64,000 bases of DNA, from IMG/VR virus record IMGVR_UViG_3300030107_000800, positions 14,501 to 78,500 of that record, one strand, 5' to 3'. Shown here piece by piece: positions 22,284 to 30,004 of the stretch. The notes beneath the pieces are model-generated. The model was not told the origin of the DNA. It ran no database searches and worked only from the letters and a program-made list of their open reading frames with translations. Positions within the stretch are counted from its first letter, which is position 1. Every line of letters begins with the position of its first letter. Source of the DNA: a virus. The translations under genes and the position numbers were made by a program.

Positions 22284-22312
22284 ATTGTAAATGATTCGGT
22301 AAGACTTGTCAA
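22284..22312 (-). promoter_or_regulatory. sigma70-type promoter TTGACA-N17-TACAAT
   Basis: -35 at 22307-22312, -10 at 22284-22289. Confidence 0.75.
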
Positions 22313-22620
22313 GACCCGACAACCACATCTTCAGATCCATCTGAAATCTTATGATTACTTGCCATATCACCTACAGAAAGACACTTCTTTCCTTCCCACA
22401 ATACCTTACTAGAAGAGGCTGCCGAGAATTCTACAGTTGGACATGTAACACAACTAGGACCAGCATCTCTAGTATGACCAGTAAACACATCTCCTTCCAA
22501 TGACACCAGTTGATTATTCACTTTAATCTTACTAGACTTTACAGCACCTGCAAGATTTGACTCAAGATCACACCCATGAAGGTTGTCAACCTTATCGTTA
22601 ACTCGTGCTACTTCTGGCAT
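22309..22620 (-). CDS. PAAR-like spike tip protein (gp5.4-like)
   Basis: MPEVARVND..HGC, S.KV..EGK...VGD, ISDGSEDVVVG pattern. Confidence 0.75.
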   Translation of the reverse strand: MPEVARVNDKVDNLHGCDLESNLAGAVKSSKIKVNNQLVSLEGDVFTGHTRDAGPSCVTCPTVEFSAASSSKVLWEGKKCLSVGDMASNHKISDGSEDVVVGS

Positions 22621-22847
22621 TAGACTGAACTCGCTGTTTTTACTAGATCTTTCTTAAGACCTTCTATGTTATTATGTAGGTAGTCCAATGTATCTGAGAG
22701 GGACTCGTATTCACTCTTCTGAGGACGACGGTATATCAACGATGGCTGCTCTAGCTGGGATATCCGTTGGTCCAGGCTTTGCAATCTCTCTGACAGCATC
22801 AGGAGTGCTTGCTCCAATTTTTTCTGATTCGCTTGTAACTCTTCCAT
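22620..22847 (-). CDS. Hypothetical coiled-coil protein (probable start MEELQ at 22847; track start 22913)
   Basis: GGAG SD-like sequence before the ATG at 22847; heptad pattern. Confidence 0.7.
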   Translation of the reverse strand: MEELQANQKKLEQALLMLSERLQSLDQRISQLEQPSLIYRRPQKSEYESLSDTLDYLHNNIEGLKKDLVKTASSV

Positions 22848-22965
22848 TATTTTGATCTCCACGTAAAAATGCCTCTGCTGCTCGTGATTCAAACGAGTCG
22901 CAGAAGCTGTCAAAGTTATTGATTACATCATCAATGTTTTTAAACTGTTCCACTGTAACCCTCAT
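22711..22965 (-). CDS. Hypothetical protein overlapping the downstream gene in another frame
   Basis: ORF track, 84 aa; fills the gap between neighbouring genes. Confidence 0.5.
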   Translation of the reverse strand: MRVTVEQFKNIDDVINNFDSFCDSFESRAAEAFLRGDQNNGRVTSESEKIGASTPDAVREIAKPGPTDIPARAAIVDIPSSSEE

Positions 22966-23365
22966 CTAGATTTATATCACCATCATTGCAATGTGCCTGA
23001 TGATGGTGCTCCTCTTGCCTATGCATATGTTCTAATACATGGTCGAGTTTACCTTCAATGTTATGAAGTACATCTATCATCTCACGATGTGGGTCATGTC
23101 CCTCTGGAGGATAAAGATCATTTCCATATCCTGCTGGTGGTGACACGGGCGTTCCTGGAATATTTCCAATTACTTCCTGAATAAGGCCAGGTTGTGAAGT
23201 TACCTCTGTACCAGGCACAGGGCTAGCAGCATCCCTTATGTCTGCATGGAGTCGCTCTGTCCTCTGAATCTCTTCGTTAGTCATATTATTTTCTATCTCC
23301 TCTTTAGTTTTAATTATATCAGGTATATCATCTGCTGTAAAGCTATGATCGACTTTTTCGGCCAT
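22940..23365 (-). CDS. Hypothetical acidic, His-rich protein
   Basis: ORF track; late-promoter motif upstream. Confidence 0.75.
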   Translation of the reverse strand: MAEKVDHSFTADDIPDIIKTKEEIENNMTNEEIQRTERLHADIRDAASPVPGTEVTSQPGLIQEVIGNIPGTPVSPPAGYGNDLYPPEGHDPHREMIDVLHNIEGKLDHVLEHMHRQEEHHHQAHCNDGDINLDEGYSGTV

Positions 23366-23423
23366 TTTTTTGCTGGAAAAATTTTTTGGAATTTCTTGTT
23401 TTAAAAAACCAATTTTGTAATTA

Positions 23424-23431
23424 TATTTATC
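23424..23431 (-). promoter_or_regulatory. Late promoter (GATAAATA) opening the late structural block
   Basis: In the AT-rich intergenic region upstream of 23365. Confidence 0.6.
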
Positions 23432-23502
23432 TCTCGACTGGATACTTTTGTAGGTTAGGGGAGTCTTCGTTTTTTGAAATCGCTTGGCGACCCCTAAGTA
23501 AC

Positions 23503-23528
23503 AAAAAAGGGGGCAAATACTGCCCCCT
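23503..23528 (-). terminator. Intrinsic terminator closing the early region
   Basis: AGGGGGCA-GTATT-TGCCCCCT followed by a T run on the minus strand. Confidence 0.85.
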
Positions 23529-23541
23529 AACTGTTAATAAC

Positions 23542-23694
23542 TCATGCGGTGACTAATTCACATTTAAAACCACAACTTCGGTAGTAATATAACATATCCA
23601 TTGCAGATTGCAGTGATGGAAATGATATTAATCGAGGGTGATTTTGGTCACTATCTGTCCAATAGCGAATTAATTGCGGTCCGATTGTGTACAT
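23542..23694 (-). CDS. Small early protein, 50 aa (MYTIGPQLIRYWTD...YRSCGFKCELVTA)
   Basis: Translated by hand; ends just before the terminator. Confidence 0.7.
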   Translation of the reverse strand: MYTIGPQLIRYWTDSDQNHPRLISFPSLQSAMDMLYYYRSCGFKCELVTA

Positions 23695-23858
23695 AATGAA
23701 GAATCAATTTGACATAATTTGTTGTTACGTTCCTCAACCATATTAGAGAAGGAATGTATTATATTAGCACCCACGATTGCGGACACTAATATAAAAGAAA
23801 TAGCGAGGGTCACTCTCATAACTGTCCTAGTGGCGGTCTGAGATGTACCAAGTCCCAC
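23670..23858 (-). CDS. Small membrane protein
   Basis: One hydrophobic segment; the true start is probably the internal MRVTL. Confidence 0.6.
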   Translation of the reverse strand: MGLGTSQTATRTVMRVTLAISFILVSAIVGANIIHSFSNMVEERNNKLCQIDSSLCTQSDRN

Positions 23859-24024
23859 CCGTGGGAACCTCGCGAGGCATCCAGTTGTTTTCCTGGAGTG
23901 CGGTCAATGCTGCCATGACTGCCGCGTCCTTCTTAGCGGATTCGTTCATAAGAACTGCTCCCCCAAATTCGGGTGTTAGGTCGCGGTTGAAAGTCATGGG
24001 CAAATCCTGTGATTGATTTTTCAT
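23827..24024 (-). CDS. Hypothetical early protein
   Basis: ORF track; early promoter immediately upstream. Confidence 0.7.
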   Translation of the reverse strand: MKNQSQDLPMTFNRDLTPEFGGAVLMNESAKKDAAVMAALTALQENNWMPREVPTGGTWYISDRH

Positions 24025-24030
24025 ATATTC

Positions 24031-24107
24031 ATTTTAGCGGATCGTGAGCGAAAAAAACGAAATGTTAAGAAAAGCAACTGTATAATGACCAGTGCGGTAA
24101 CTGGCAC
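24031..24107 (-). promoter_or_regulatory. Early promoter, class B
   Basis: -10 TAAAAT at 24031-36, GTTGCTTT-TC-TTAACATT box, palindrome gaccagt..aactggcac. Confidence 0.6.
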
Positions 24108-24205
24108 ATTATTTGTTAACTCTTTGGGTGCTTCAAATTGCAAGTTCTTTGTAATAGGAAGTGGGGTGAAATTGTGATGCAATTGTTGTTAGATAGTGGG
24201 AAAAA

Positions 24206-24349
24206 TTAATCCACAATAATGTTAGTTACTAATTCAAATACCTCTGGTTTGATATCATTTTGCCTAGCAAGTGCATCTAGAAAAATGTTAGTAACTATAT
24301 CTAATTCGTCACCAGTTAGTGATTCATAGATGTCGAAAGTTTGTGCCAT
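24206..24349 (-). CDS. Small acidic early protein, 47 aa
   Basis: Translated by hand: MAQTFDIYESLTGDELDIV... Confidence 0.65.
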   Translation of the reverse strand: MAQTFDIYESLTGDELDIVTNIFLDALARQNDIKPEVFELVTNIIVD

Positions 24350-24352
24350 TGT

Positions 24353-24658
24353 TTATATAAATGCGTCAGATGTTTCTACTTCACTAATAAGAACTGCGTC
24401 CTGCCTAAATGCAACTTTGTAGGCGATTGCGATCTTATTAAATACTTTTCTCATAGAATCTAACTCGCTATTCATAACATCTACATAGAGAATCTTCACT
24501 GGTTCGCTAACACCTTTCCACCAACCTTCACCATCAATTAGTGTGCCATATTCCATAACTGGCATAATATTTTGTCTGACAAATTCGTCCATCAAATAGT
24601 CATTAACTGTTCCTCCGTTAGGTATCATTCTACCCATAGAAAGTTCAAGACGTTTCAT
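24353..24658 (-). CDS. DUF3574-like protein (probable start MKRLELSMGR)
   Basis: GxW...E..KIL and IAIAYKVAFRQDAVL pattern. Confidence 0.6.
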   Translation of the reverse strand: MKRLELSMGRMIPNGGTVNDYLMDEFVRQNIMPVMEYGTLIDGEGWWKGVSEPVKILYVDVMNSELDSMRKVFNKIAIAYKVAFRQDAVLISEVETSDAFI

Positions 24659-24698
24659 AATAAAAAAGAGAGAGATTAGGGAAATAAAAATGTGCATG

Positions 24699-24721
24699 AA
24701 AAGAGGGGGATTGCTCCCCCT
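24699..24721 (-). terminator. Intrinsic terminator with GCAA tetraloop
   Basis: AGGGGGA-GCAA-TCCCCCT-CTTTT. Confidence 0.8.
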
Positions 24722-24726
24722 AATTG

Positions 24727-24891
24727 TTACTTAAGAGGAAGGATTGGGCATGAGTTTGTGTAATTAACTACCTTGGAATCTACTCCGCAATAGTTTAACA
24801 AATACGCTTCAATCTCTTCCGCAAAATGTTTAGAATTAAACTCGGATTGTTCATCAAAAATGAAATCACAAGTGAAGCGATATGTGGTCAT
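24727..24891 (-). CDS. Small early protein, 54 aa
   Basis: Translated by hand: MTTYRFTCDFIFDEQ... Confidence 0.65.
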   Translation of the reverse strand: MTTYRFTCDFIFDEQSEFNSKHFAEEIEAYLLNYCGVDSKVVNYTNSCPILPLK

Positions 24892-24893
24892 AA

Positions 24894-25106
24894 TTAACAC
24901 ATTGCCTCAAATCTTTCCATAGTTGTTGACTCTAACTGGTCACGAGTTCCCTGACTAAATGATAACAATTCATCCATCATTGCGACAGTTAATTTGTTAC
25001 TTAGTCTGAAATCTTCATAAACTTCATCATAAAGATTTTCAAGGATTGATTCATTGTTGATGTTAGACATTGGCAAAAAACTTGTTACAAAAGGACTCGT
25101 AATCAT
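24894..25106 (-). CDS. Small acidic early protein (probable start MSNINNE)
   Basis: ORF track. Confidence 0.65.
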   Translation of the reverse strand: MITSPFVTSFLPMSNINNESILENLYDEVYEDFRLSNKLTVAMMDELLSFSQGTRDQLESTTMERFEAMC

Positions 25107-25212
25107 CAGGGTTGATGTTATCGGGAAGACCGCAATCGTTGAAGAAAGTTATCATATCGAGCAAAACTTGATCTTCTTCGGATGTTAGTCTGTAAGTAAA
25201 TTCGTTAGGCAT
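25063..25212 (-). CDS. Small acidic early protein, 49 aa
   Basis: Translated by hand: MPNEFTYRLTSEEDQVLLDM...; first gene after the promoter at 25241. Confidence 0.7.
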   Translation of the reverse strand: MPNEFTYRLTSEEDQVLLDMITFFNDCGLPDNINPDDYESFCNKFFANV

Positions 25213-25228
25213 TAAATGTAAAGAATTT

Positions 25229-25317
25229 GTTTACTCTTTTATTATACAGACAAATTGCAACAAATAGGGCAAATGTAACGGATTACAACAGAGGCGAGGA
25301 CAGTTTATAAACTGGTC
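25229..25317 (-). promoter_or_regulatory. Early promoter, class B (copy 1 of a 62-bp direct repeat)
   Basis: TATAAT at 25241-46, GTTGTAATCCGTTACATTT box, palindrome ggacagttt..aactggtc. Confidence 0.8.
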
Positions 25318-25597
25318 GGGGCCTTGGGCATTTTAGTCGTGTGCTGTGTAATCATATTCCATAGAAACAATTTCATTGCAGTGTGCCTCTAATGCCTCAT
25401 CCTCATTAGGATGTGCATCATAATACTTTAACTCTTCGCGGATGTATTCTTCAAACGTCATTGTTAGTTTCCTCCGCAATTAGTTGTTTATATTCATCAC
25501 TATCAATGGAATAATATCCATTTTCAGTGATAACGTATCCATGAATGATTAGATAGTTAGTTGACATTTTCCTCCATGAAATTGTTTTTAATTGTTG

Positions 25598-25789
25598 TTA
25601 TTTAGATGGATAATATGCAATGAAATCTTCTTGACTTGCATCCCATAATAGCACGAATTGTTTTAACCAATCCTGCTCAAATTGCGATAGTTTATAAACA
25701 TCTTGCTCGTCTGCACTTACATGAGGTAAATCATACTTAGAGCAAAAATCTTCATAGACTGTTGTTAAGAAGTCAATGGAATCAATCAT
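25598..25789 (-). CDS. Small acidic early protein
   Basis: ORF track. Confidence 0.7.
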   Translation of the reverse strand: MIDSIDFLTTVYEDFCSKYDLPHVSADEQDVYKLSQFEQDWLKQFVLLWDASQEDFIAYYPSK

Positions 25790-25850
25790 GGTAAATTAAA
25801 AGAATAGTGTGTGCATTAAATGTTAATTAGTCGATCAAATTGTAAACTGT

Positions 25851-26030
25851 CTATGAGAATAATGGTCTCATATAGTCTTTGAATTCTTCACACATAGCAT
25901 GTGCTAAAATTCTTAATTGTTTATCATCACTGTTATTTCCATCTGCTATTAGTTCATCATAGCACGCTTGCCTGATACCTAAATCAGTAATATCGTACTC
26001 GTGAAGTTTAACGTGCTTGAAAAATGACAT
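25851..26030 (-). CDS. Small early protein, 59 aa
   Basis: Translated by hand: MSFFKHVKLHEYDITD...DYMRPLFS. Confidence 0.7.
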   Translation of the reverse strand: MSFFKHVKLHEYDITDLGIRQACYDELIADGNNSDDKQLRILAHAMCEEFKDYMRPLFS

Positions 26031-26066
26031 AGAAAAATGTTAATTAGTAGTAGAACAGTTGTTAAT

Positions 26067-26093
26067 AAAAAAGAGGGGAGATTGCATCCCCTC
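26067..26093 (-). terminator. Intrinsic terminator with GCAA loop
   Basis: GAGGGGAT-GCAA-TCTCCCCTC-TTTTTT. Confidence 0.85.
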
Positions 26094-26101
26094 GTTGTTA
26101 C

Positions 26102-26422
26102 TTAGTGGTTTAATTCGATTCCAGAGTAGAAAGGAATTGTCCCACCTGATTGTAAATTAACGAACCAATTCCAATTCTTTTGATATACACCAGATCCAAC
26201 ATGAAAATCATCTAAAATTGCATTTAGTCTTGATTTTGTAGTGTTAGACTGCCAACCTCCGTCAAATAGTTGCACGAAATGTTGTGAAACTTTGGCGATA
26301 AAGTTGCCGTGTAAGTAAACTAAAGCATCGTTGGAATCGTTGATGACGACTGCGGTGTTGCCACTTCTCCAGTCACGTCTGCCTCTAATGGCAGAATTCA
26401 TTTGAGATTCGATTTTACGCAT
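26102..26422 (-). CDS. Conserved phage early protein
   Basis: MRKIESQMN..VYLHGNFIA..GWQSNTTKSRLNAIL..YQKNWNWFV. Confidence 0.8.
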   Translation of the reverse strand: MRKIESQMNSAIRGRRDWRSGNTAVVINDSNDALVYLHGNFIAKVSQHFVQLFDGGWQSNTTKSRLNAILDDFHVGSGVYQKNWNWFVNLQSGGTIPFYSGIELNH

Positions 26423-26438
26423 GTAAAAAACTTGTTTT

Positions 26439-26527
26439 GTTTACTCTTCTATTATACAGACGAATGAGACCAAATAGGGCAAATGTAACGGATTACAACA
26501 AAAATAAATCAGTTTGCCAACTGGCAC
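26439..26527 (-). promoter_or_regulatory. Early promoter, class B (copy 2 of the 62-bp direct repeat)
   Basis: TATAAT at 26451-56; identical caaatagggcaaatgtaacggattacaaca; palindrome cagttt..aactggcac. Confidence 0.8.
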
Positions 26528-26543
26528 ATAAAAAACGGACTCT

Positions 26544-26726
26544 TTAGAGTCCGTTCATATAATCGTGGATCGCTTCCATGTATTCGGCATACGTTGAATA
26601 ACGATCTTTGAAACTGTCGGGAACTTCTCGCTTGAGATGTTTTTGGCATGACTCGCGGATCTCGCTTGCAGTGTATCCCTTTTGAATGAGTGAAGGGAAA
26701 AACTCGTTTAAAGTTGAATTATTCAT
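26544..26726 (-). CDS. Hypothetical early protein
   Basis: ORF track; ATG lies 7 nt below a -10 box. Confidence 0.7.
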   Translation of the reverse strand: MNNSTLNEFFPSLIQKGYTASEIRESCQKHLKREVPDSFKDRYSTYAEYMEAIHDYMNGL

Positions 26727-26732
26727 ATAGAC

Positions 26733-26808
26733 AGTCTAAACGATCACGCACAAAAAAACGGCGTATGTAACGCCGTTGTAACAATTTAGGTCAGTTTCTA
26801 AACTGTCC
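26733..26808 (-). promoter_or_regulatory. Early promoter, class B
   Basis: -10 TAGACT at 26733-38, GTTACAAC-GGC-GTTACATA, palindrome ggtcagttt..aactgtcc. Confidence 0.65.
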
Positions 26809-27142
26809 ATGCTTTAACTTGTTTTACCAGTTGAGCATGGTATGGTGTAATAAATGATACACCTTTAGAAAAATCTCTGAATAGTTCTTGAATTTCAAAC
26901 TGGTGGATTGCCCAACGAGTTTGTATATCCTTGAGATAACGATCTCCAGAAATTAGTCTAGCAGTTGAAGGACGCTTGAGCGTTGTAACTTTTGATACTG
27001 CCTTGCCACCTTTAAAAGTAGTGGTGGTCACTTTCGCAACTGTCACAGGTTTTGTCTGCTTTGCTGCTGGTTTTGCTTTGCGTGTTCTGGTCTTCCTTAC
27101 TGGTTTAGTTGAGGTTGACTTAACAGTTGAAGCGGTTGGCAT
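26798..27142 (-). CDS. Basic Lys/Thr-rich early protein (possibly DNA-binding)
   Basis: Strongly basic, low-complexity N-terminal half. Confidence 0.75.
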   Translation of the reverse strand: MPTASTVKSTSTKPVRKTRTRKAKPAAKQTKPVTVAKVTTTTFKGGKAVSKVTTLKRPSTARLISGDRYLKDIQTRWAIHQFEIQELFRDFSKGVSFITPYHAQLVKQVKAWTV

Positions 27143-27168
27143 ACGTTAAAAAACGAATTTACTCTTCC

Positions 27169-27273
27169 ATTATACAGACGAATTGTTGACAAACTCGAAA
27201 ATCGTTACACTATGCAACAAAAAAGTCCAGTTTGTCAACTGTCCGTGGCCTTGTGCCAATTTCTAACTGTCAC
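27169..27273 (-). promoter_or_regulatory. Early promoter, class B, with two tandem palindromes
   Basis: TATAAT at 27169-74; gtccagtttgtcaactgtcc followed by gtgccaatttctaactgtcac. Confidence 0.75.
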
Positions 27274-27468
27274 CCCCATTTGTTTCTCTATAGTCTTTGA
27301 ATTTATTTACTTTCTTTTTACTTTGCCTCTTAACATTTTTGACTGTGTAACCAAAATCCTCGAAATCTTCATCAAATTGTTGATAATCAACATAAGAAGA
27401 TGACTTGATATTATGTGTAGTCATAGGGGTGAATTACCTCGTTAATTAACATTATTTATTTTAAATTG

Positions 27469-27717
27469 TCATGCTTCAACATCAGTTAGTACACCAGATT
27501 TCCTGCTATTTGATATAAATCTGCCCAAACTTGCCTCTTTATTGTTTAATTCAACGCCAGTTAATACTTCACACAAATTATTACTGAAATCTGCTATATT
27601 TTCGCAATTATATACATATTCCTTGGCAATATTACTGTTATATGTAACAAATACCTGATTTTCCTTGGTTTCTATTGAATTAATTGCCGATGAGTCGAAT
27701 CTTGAATAAAATGTCAT
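27469..27717 (-). CDS. KTSC-like small protein
   Basis: SSAINSI...VFVTYNS..EYVY..SLGRFI pattern. Confidence 0.55.
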   Translation of the reverse strand: MTFYSRFDSSAINSIETKENQVFVTYNSNIAKEYVYNCENIADFSNNLCEVLTGVELNNKEASLGRFISNSRKSGVLTDVEA

Positions 27718-27911
27718 TGTTTTTTAGTAATTTGTAGAATAAAGTGTTAAATAGGCACGCGAATAACGTTTTCCACAACCCTGTGAAAAACTTTATAACT
27801 TATAATTCTCAAAAGTCTTAAAAATTAATAAAAATGAGATTATAAGATTTTATAAAAAGTGAAAAACTCGCTTTTCTGAGTTTTTTGGATTTCCTCGAAT
27901 GTCATAAACCA

Positions 27912-27968
27912 ATTATAACGGATTTCCGAGTGTTTTGGAGACACCTTGTGCCACTTTGTGAACTGGAC
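27912..27968 (-). promoter_or_regulatory. Early promoter, class A
   Basis: TATAAT at 27912-17; palindrome starts at 27948. Confidence 0.7.
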
Positions 27969-27996
27969 TCGGAATGTTACAAAGTATTTCAGGGGG

Positions 27997-28025
27997 TTGA
28001 CATTTCGTTCGATAGGTGGTAGCCT
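27997..28025 (+). promoter_or_regulatory. Plus-strand sigma70-type promoter with no obvious ORF
   Basis: TTGACA-N17-TAGCCT with extended TG. Confidence 0.6.
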
Positions 28026-28176
28026 TAGACACCTTCGTGAGCGTCACATAGTTCACACATACTATATTTAATTAACCATTTATAAAGTTTTCCACAACAA
28101 CCTCCTAAACCTGTGGAAAACCCAGTGATAGCAATGTGCGGATGGTTACTCAAGGATAGTATCCTGAGAACATTTC

Positions 28177-28368
28177 TCAATAGTCTGTATCAACCTCCTT
28201 GAAACACATTTCGATGATAGTTTGTCTATCTAATTTGTCACCATGTGATGCCATTAGTCTGTGGAAAACTACATCTAATTCTTTATACTGACCATAACTT
28301 ATGTCAGTCCATGCTCTAGGAAATAGTTCTTGTTGTGATGCCATTTCTTTTGTTGTTAATGTGAGCAT
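28177..28368 (-). CDS. Hypothetical protein
   Basis: ORF track. Confidence 0.6.
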   Translation of the reverse strand: MLTLTTKEMASQQELFPRAWTDISYGQYKELDVVFHRLMASHGDKLDRQTIIEMCFKEVDTDY

Positions 28369-28543
28369 TAGTATGCTGCCCTTAGTAGTGAGTACATTTT
28401 GTCACGAACTTGATGAGTGTCCTCTTCTGCTCCCTCGTATGGTTGTGATTGAGCATAGCAGTCAAGTGCCTGATCTATCACATCCCATTGTGCTTGAGTG
28501 AAGAAATCATACATCAAGTTGAGTTCTTTGTGAGAATAGTTCA

Positions 28544-28828
28544 TTAGTGCTTTAACTGACCATTATCATCATACCACTCATCAGTGACATTTTCCAACTC
28601 TACACCAGTATTGAAACATCCTGTAACATTATTATTGTTTAGGATGTGGATAAACTCATTGTATTCTTGTGTAGTGTATGCTCTCTTGTCACTAGGGTGG
28701 AAGTCTTGCCAGTCAGTTCCTTCTATTTTATATGATAGTGTGTTATCATTGTTATGATAGTATTCTATTTCAGTACCATCATGTGATACAAATACATTAC
28801 GCATTGTCATCCTCCAATGGTACTTCAA
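28544..28828 (-). CDS. Hypothetical protein (probable start MRNVF after GGAGG)
   Basis: ORF track. Confidence 0.65.
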   Translation of the reverse strand: MKYHWRMTMRNVFVSHDGTEIEYYHNNDNTLSYKIEGTDWQDFHPSDKRAYTTQEYNEFIHILNNNNVTGCFNTGVELENVTDEWYDDNGQLKH

Positions 28829-28921
28829 ATGTTACCTCAAAGAAATCAGTGAAGTCCTCGTAACGTGTTATCTTAACAGGACATTCATTTAACCACTCTT
28901 GAAATTCTGTGTACTGTGACA

Positions 28922-29104
28922 TTAATACTTACCTCCAGTATTGTTTACATCAATGAATGTGTTACTATCTTGTGCTTCCCTTATCTTATCAAATACATTC
29001 TCTATTTCTATTGGACATTCATCTATCATATCCAAATCTAACATTGTTTCGTACAATTTATTCATTTGATATGCTTCATCAAATGTGAGATTAATTGATA
29101 ACAT
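28922..29104 (-). CDS. Small acidic early protein
   Basis: ORF track; first gene after the promoter at 29189. Confidence 0.7.
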   Translation of the reverse strand: MLSINLTFDEAYQMNKLYETMLDLDMIDECPIEIENVFDKIREAQDSNTFIDVNNTGGKY

Positions 29105-29188
29105 TTGTTTACTGAATTAAGGAATGGGACTTACAGGACGTAATTTCTCAACTGGATCAAGACAACCATAGATCCCTGCCCTATTAAT

Positions 29189-29244
29189 ATAATACATCAT
29201 TTTGGGATGATTACTATTGGCCTTGTGACACTAATCTAACTGTC
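29189..29244 (-). promoter_or_regulatory. Early promoter, class A
   Basis: TATTAT at 29189-94; ggccttgtgacactaatctaactg. Confidence 0.75.
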
Positions 29245-29258
29245 TTCCTATGAGATGT

Positions 29259-29486
29259 TCATGCAATGTCCTCCTTTAGAATAAACCAATCTTGACGAAA
29301 TACTATCTCATTATCAACTTCTTCCCCTAACTTGTTAAATGATTTGTTTAAACAAGGAACACCAAGTTTCCCATCTGGGTATAAACTATCGAGCATAATC
29401 TTGAACCATTGGTTATTAGCATCATGCTCAAATTGTTCTAAATCAGGAAAGAAAGTTTGACTCCAATTAGTATCATTGTATTTCAT
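29259..29486 (-). CDS. Hypothetical protein
   Basis: ORF track; GGAGG SD. Confidence 0.7.
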   Translation of the reverse strand: MKYNDTNWSQTFFPDLEQFEHDANNQWFKIMLDSLYPDGKLGVPCLNKSFNKLGEEVDNEIVFRQDWFILKEDIA

Positions 29487-29702
29487 TCAATTAACCTCCT
29501 TTAAGTTAGAATTAATGTAATCAATTTGCTCTTGTGTTGTTAATGGTTTTTCAGCATCTTCATCATAAATGCGAATTGATAACTCTGCATCTTGTGATAA
29601 TGCAATGCCCTCATCATCAAGTGCTTCCCATATACGGTTAGCAATTTGTGAATGTTTGTCCTCTGGTATTACTTCCCATAGGTTAATGTAATCTTGGTTC
29701 AT
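29487..29702 (-). CDS. Small acidic protein
   Basis: ORF track; coupled to the upstream stop codon. Confidence 0.7.
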   Translation of the reverse strand: MNQDYINLWEVIPEDKHSQIANRIWEALDDEGIALSQDAELSIRIYDEDAEKPLTTQEQIDYINSNLKEVN

Positions 29703-30004
29703 TTGTAACTTGTTAATGGGTGGATTAAATTAAGTGTGTAATCAATATTTCTTATGCACCATCCTGTAACATCACTTATCTTATCTACCAACTCATCTTC
29801 ATCTTCTACTTCCCATATACCTAGTGCGGTATCATGTAATGAAATCTCTTCATCAAATGTTAATTCATCATCAGTATCAAATTCAATGTCAGTAACTAGA
29901 ATTTTCATGCTACCTCCCAATCTGATTTGTTGACTGATTCTCTGCAACATTGGCATGTAATTGCCGACCAACAAAAATGATATACTCTGTTGTATTGTTG
30001 GCAT
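29699..30004 (-). CDS. Small very acidic protein (probable start MKILVTDIEFD)
   Basis: ORF track; GGAGG before the internal ATG. Confidence 0.65.
   Translation of the reverse strand: MPTIQQSISFLLVGNYMPMLQRISQQIRLGGSMKILVTDIEFDTDDELTFDEEISLHDTALGIWEVEDEDELVDKISDVTGWCIRNIDYTLNLIHPLTSYK

Larger units (their letters stand above)
27769..28268. repeat. Cluster of TTTTCCACA (DnaA-box-like) 9-mers around an AT-rich tract
   Basis: Copies at 27769(+), 27782(-, 1 mismatch), 28088(+), 28112(-), 28260(-). Confidence 0.75.

Noticed and set aside
25271-25290. NtcA site in TGTAATCCGTTACA
   Set aside because: The GTA-TAC spacer is 6 nt rather than 8, and the other copies preserve a direct repeat rather than this palindrome.
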